From NCBI GenBank assembly GCA_964187785.1, contig OZ076420.1, forward strand, positions 30,070,001 to 30,134,000: a stretch of DNA of 64,000 nt, given 5' to 3'. Shown piece by piece: positions 61,540-64,000 of this stretch. Within the stretch, counting starts at the first letter, position 1; each line of letters begins with the position of its first letter. Position numbers and translations under genes: made by a program. This stretch comes from Amphiscolops sp. MND2022 (lineage: Eukaryota). Below the pieces are notes generated by a model. It was not told the origin of the DNA and did not search any database. It worked only from the letters and a program-made list of their open reading frames with translations.

Positions 61540-63210
61540 GAAAACAACGACTGACCAGGACCTTAAACAACTCCATCAGACAAGCTTGGGATGGAAGTAG
61601 ATGAAATCGACTAACAGACAGAGCAGGATCTGTCCATCCTAGACGTGCCATCAGTTAACTGGGCATACACTGCCGAGCTGGAAAGCGTTCAGTACGTCAA
61701 AATGGGCTTCAACCAGAAGTAGCAGCGGAAGCAGACAACTAAGACAACTACTGGGACTTGGAACAAGCAGTGAAGGAAATCGAGAACAATTCCTCAACGG
61801 ACCTGCAGCTTCTTATGACCAAAACCATCAGTAACCCAAACTTATTGAAGACCTAGGTATGCCTGAAACGACAGCAGCGTACAATGATACCCGAAGAAAA
61901 TGCGCAAAAAATTGAGCATGTTCGGTATGGAAAGCTTCAGCTTCTTGCAAAGAGATCATGCCACAATGAGCAATATTTAGTTCGCAGCACGCCATATTTG
62001 GTAGCCAAATATGACAGAGGCAACCCAAAAGAAATGCGAGACACGCGCTCACTGCAGAATGTTCCGTCAGTACATCACATCTAATTTACCATGAACAGAA
62101 AACAAACATAAAAACAGCCATTAAATAGTTCAAACGAAGAGATAGTAATTAGTTCTCAATGAACCAATAACAGAGAACTACCGCCGGCTCTAGATTTTAT
62201 TATACATTGAACTGTTTAGCAATTGGTCAGCGGTGAGCTTTGATAAATCAACGGACGGAGAAACAACAGTTGGGTTTCTACAAAAGTTCGTCCAGTTGAA
62301 CGGCGTAACGGAACAAATCAAGACAGACAAAAGTGTTGCATTAACGGGTTTCTGCGATTGTTGCAAAATGCAGTATATGAAATTAACATGCGGAACACAG
62401 TGAATACATGCTCCCACAAGCTTGTTTATAAGAGGAGTTAGAACTTTGTAAGAAAACTTCCTAACTGACATCAAAGCGGGCGAGCGGTTCGACAAATTTC
62501 TAAACATGTTTCAGGAAGTAATGAGAACAACACCACTTACATGACTAAAAAAACTTGCAATTGAAATCCATGCGGCAGAAAACCGAGTTCGAAAGTGAGC
62601 ACTTTGTTGAAACTTGACATGTTAGAATAACTTACAAATCCTTTTTAGAGAATCAGGAGTTCTTAAAGGTCTACTCGTTGAGTGGGACCGGCGGTGTGTC
62701 TGACCAGCTACCCATGAAGTTGAAGAAAAATACCAAAGGAATTAGTACAAACCCTTTCCCTTCTTAGCAAAACAAACAAGAAGTAATTAGAATTCGAATG
62801 GGCATATGCCGATAAACTACAAATAGCAGTATTGGGCACAAATATTGATTACCAGCCCCAAATGGCAAGATAAAACATAAGAAATGTATAAATAAACCAA
62901 TTTTTTATTTCAAGCTGGAACACAAAAGCAGAGGAGCCACACCTTGGGTACCAGACGGCCGATTAACAAGATGCGAACATGACAAAAATGGGGTTGGTTA
63001 GGGAGCCCAACACACCCCCGATGGAACTAGAAAGCCCGACAACTTCAGAGCCGACAGACAACACCGCGGTTGAGAAGGGCACATTTGGTCGAGACAAAAG
63101 CCGCGAACGGTCACCTGTCCACCAAACCAGCGGGCCAGTGGAGGAATGACCGCCACAAAGACGTTGAGGGCAACCCCATTGGCCGACCATCAGCCAATAG
63201 TGGAGGGGAA
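61540..63210 (+). pseudogene. Decayed Gypsy integrase/3' region with PPT AGTGGAGGGGAA (63199-63210)
   Basis: Linker PNLLKT.VCL..QQ..MIPEE; integrase remnant GVRTL.ENFLTDIKAGERF; purine tract abutting a TG. Confidence 0.6.
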
Positions 63211-63360
63211 TGCAGTAGAGAGTTCCAACTCAGACTGACTGTTCAAACTAATTAGTCTTCCATTTGTGTCATTTGATTAGTACGTGCCAACTGAGTGTTG
63301 AAGAAGAACAGCCTAATCATAAAAGAAAAAGATAGAGAGCAGTTTATTTTGATGATTACA
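63211..63360 (+). repeat. Putative short 3' LTR (~150 bp)
   Basis: TGCAGTAG...GATTACA, directly after the PPT; similar to 58948-59050. Confidence 0.5.
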
Positions 63361-64000
63361 TTTCTTCTCCATATGAGAATACAGAACACAGCAGTTTCAA
63401 ATTATTCTAGATAAGATTTTCAGACCTTTCATAATATGTGGTGGTATTCTTATTGATGCAGGGATTATACATATCTCTTAGCAGAGTAAGTTGAATTCTT
63501 CGCTTGAAGAAACATCTTTCAAGATTTCCTAAATATCTCCAAAAATAATTCACCGATGTTCCACCGAAACTCCACCGGTGGACTACGGGCGGTTCACGGG
63601 TGGAGTCATTTCGGCCCAATTTCTTTCCTCGATTTTTTTTGAAATATAACTCTTTTGGTCATATTTTAATCGATACAAAAAGTTAGTTTAATCAAACCAA
63701 ATTAGTTCCCTTTTTCATTGAGCAAACGAACAATGGAACCGAAAGTTCAAATAAGTCGGATAGATTTAGAAACAGATTAAACAGATCAAAAAATCTTTCA
63801 TCAGAAAAATTTGATTCTCCATTGTTTTTTTGACATTCGTATTTTCACTAATGATTGATGCAATTTCTATTGAGATTTCTATCCTATATTGTTTTGGAAA
63901 AAATTTAGTGAATTTTGTTTTCTTTGGGAAGAGTTTATTAATAAATAGGATCTTGAATCAAAGGGGAAGCATTCCTTAGTCAAGTATTAATTATTGATTG

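Overview
Eukaryotic (animal) genomic DNA, AT-rich and dense in transposable elements; nothing indicates a prokaryotic locus. Two spliced host genes bracket the window: a C1GALT1-like core-1 beta-1,3-galactosyltransferase (minus strand, 3225-6358, 5' exon not resolved) and an RSPH4A/RSPH6A-like radial spoke head gene (plus strand, 50986-58498, 5 exons). Between them lie two related ~16 kb Ty3/Gypsy LTR retrotransposons, head to head. Element A (14907-30942, minus, TSD AAGAT) is young, with LTRs about 99.3% identical. Element B (32056-48063, plus, TSD GCACT) is old and decayed. Two more LTR relics of the same family are nearby. The main candidate novel system is the family's architecture. (1) Between pol and the 3' LTR it carries, in antisense, an intact 5-exon gene with 4 GT-AG introns, predicted 1315 aa, that looks like a zinc-finger hAT-transposase derivative lacking catalytic motifs; the gene and three intron positions are conserved in element B. 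(2) Gag starts inside the 5' LTR, with 214 LTR-encoded codons, and reads through the LTR end and primer-binding site. (3) A conserved CxxC-containing ORF reads across the polypurine tract into the 3' LTR, so the LTR codes for protein at both ends. The rest is LINE, Tc1/mariner, Helentron-like and other Gypsy debris. All calls are by eye; no database search was run, so novelty is unverified.
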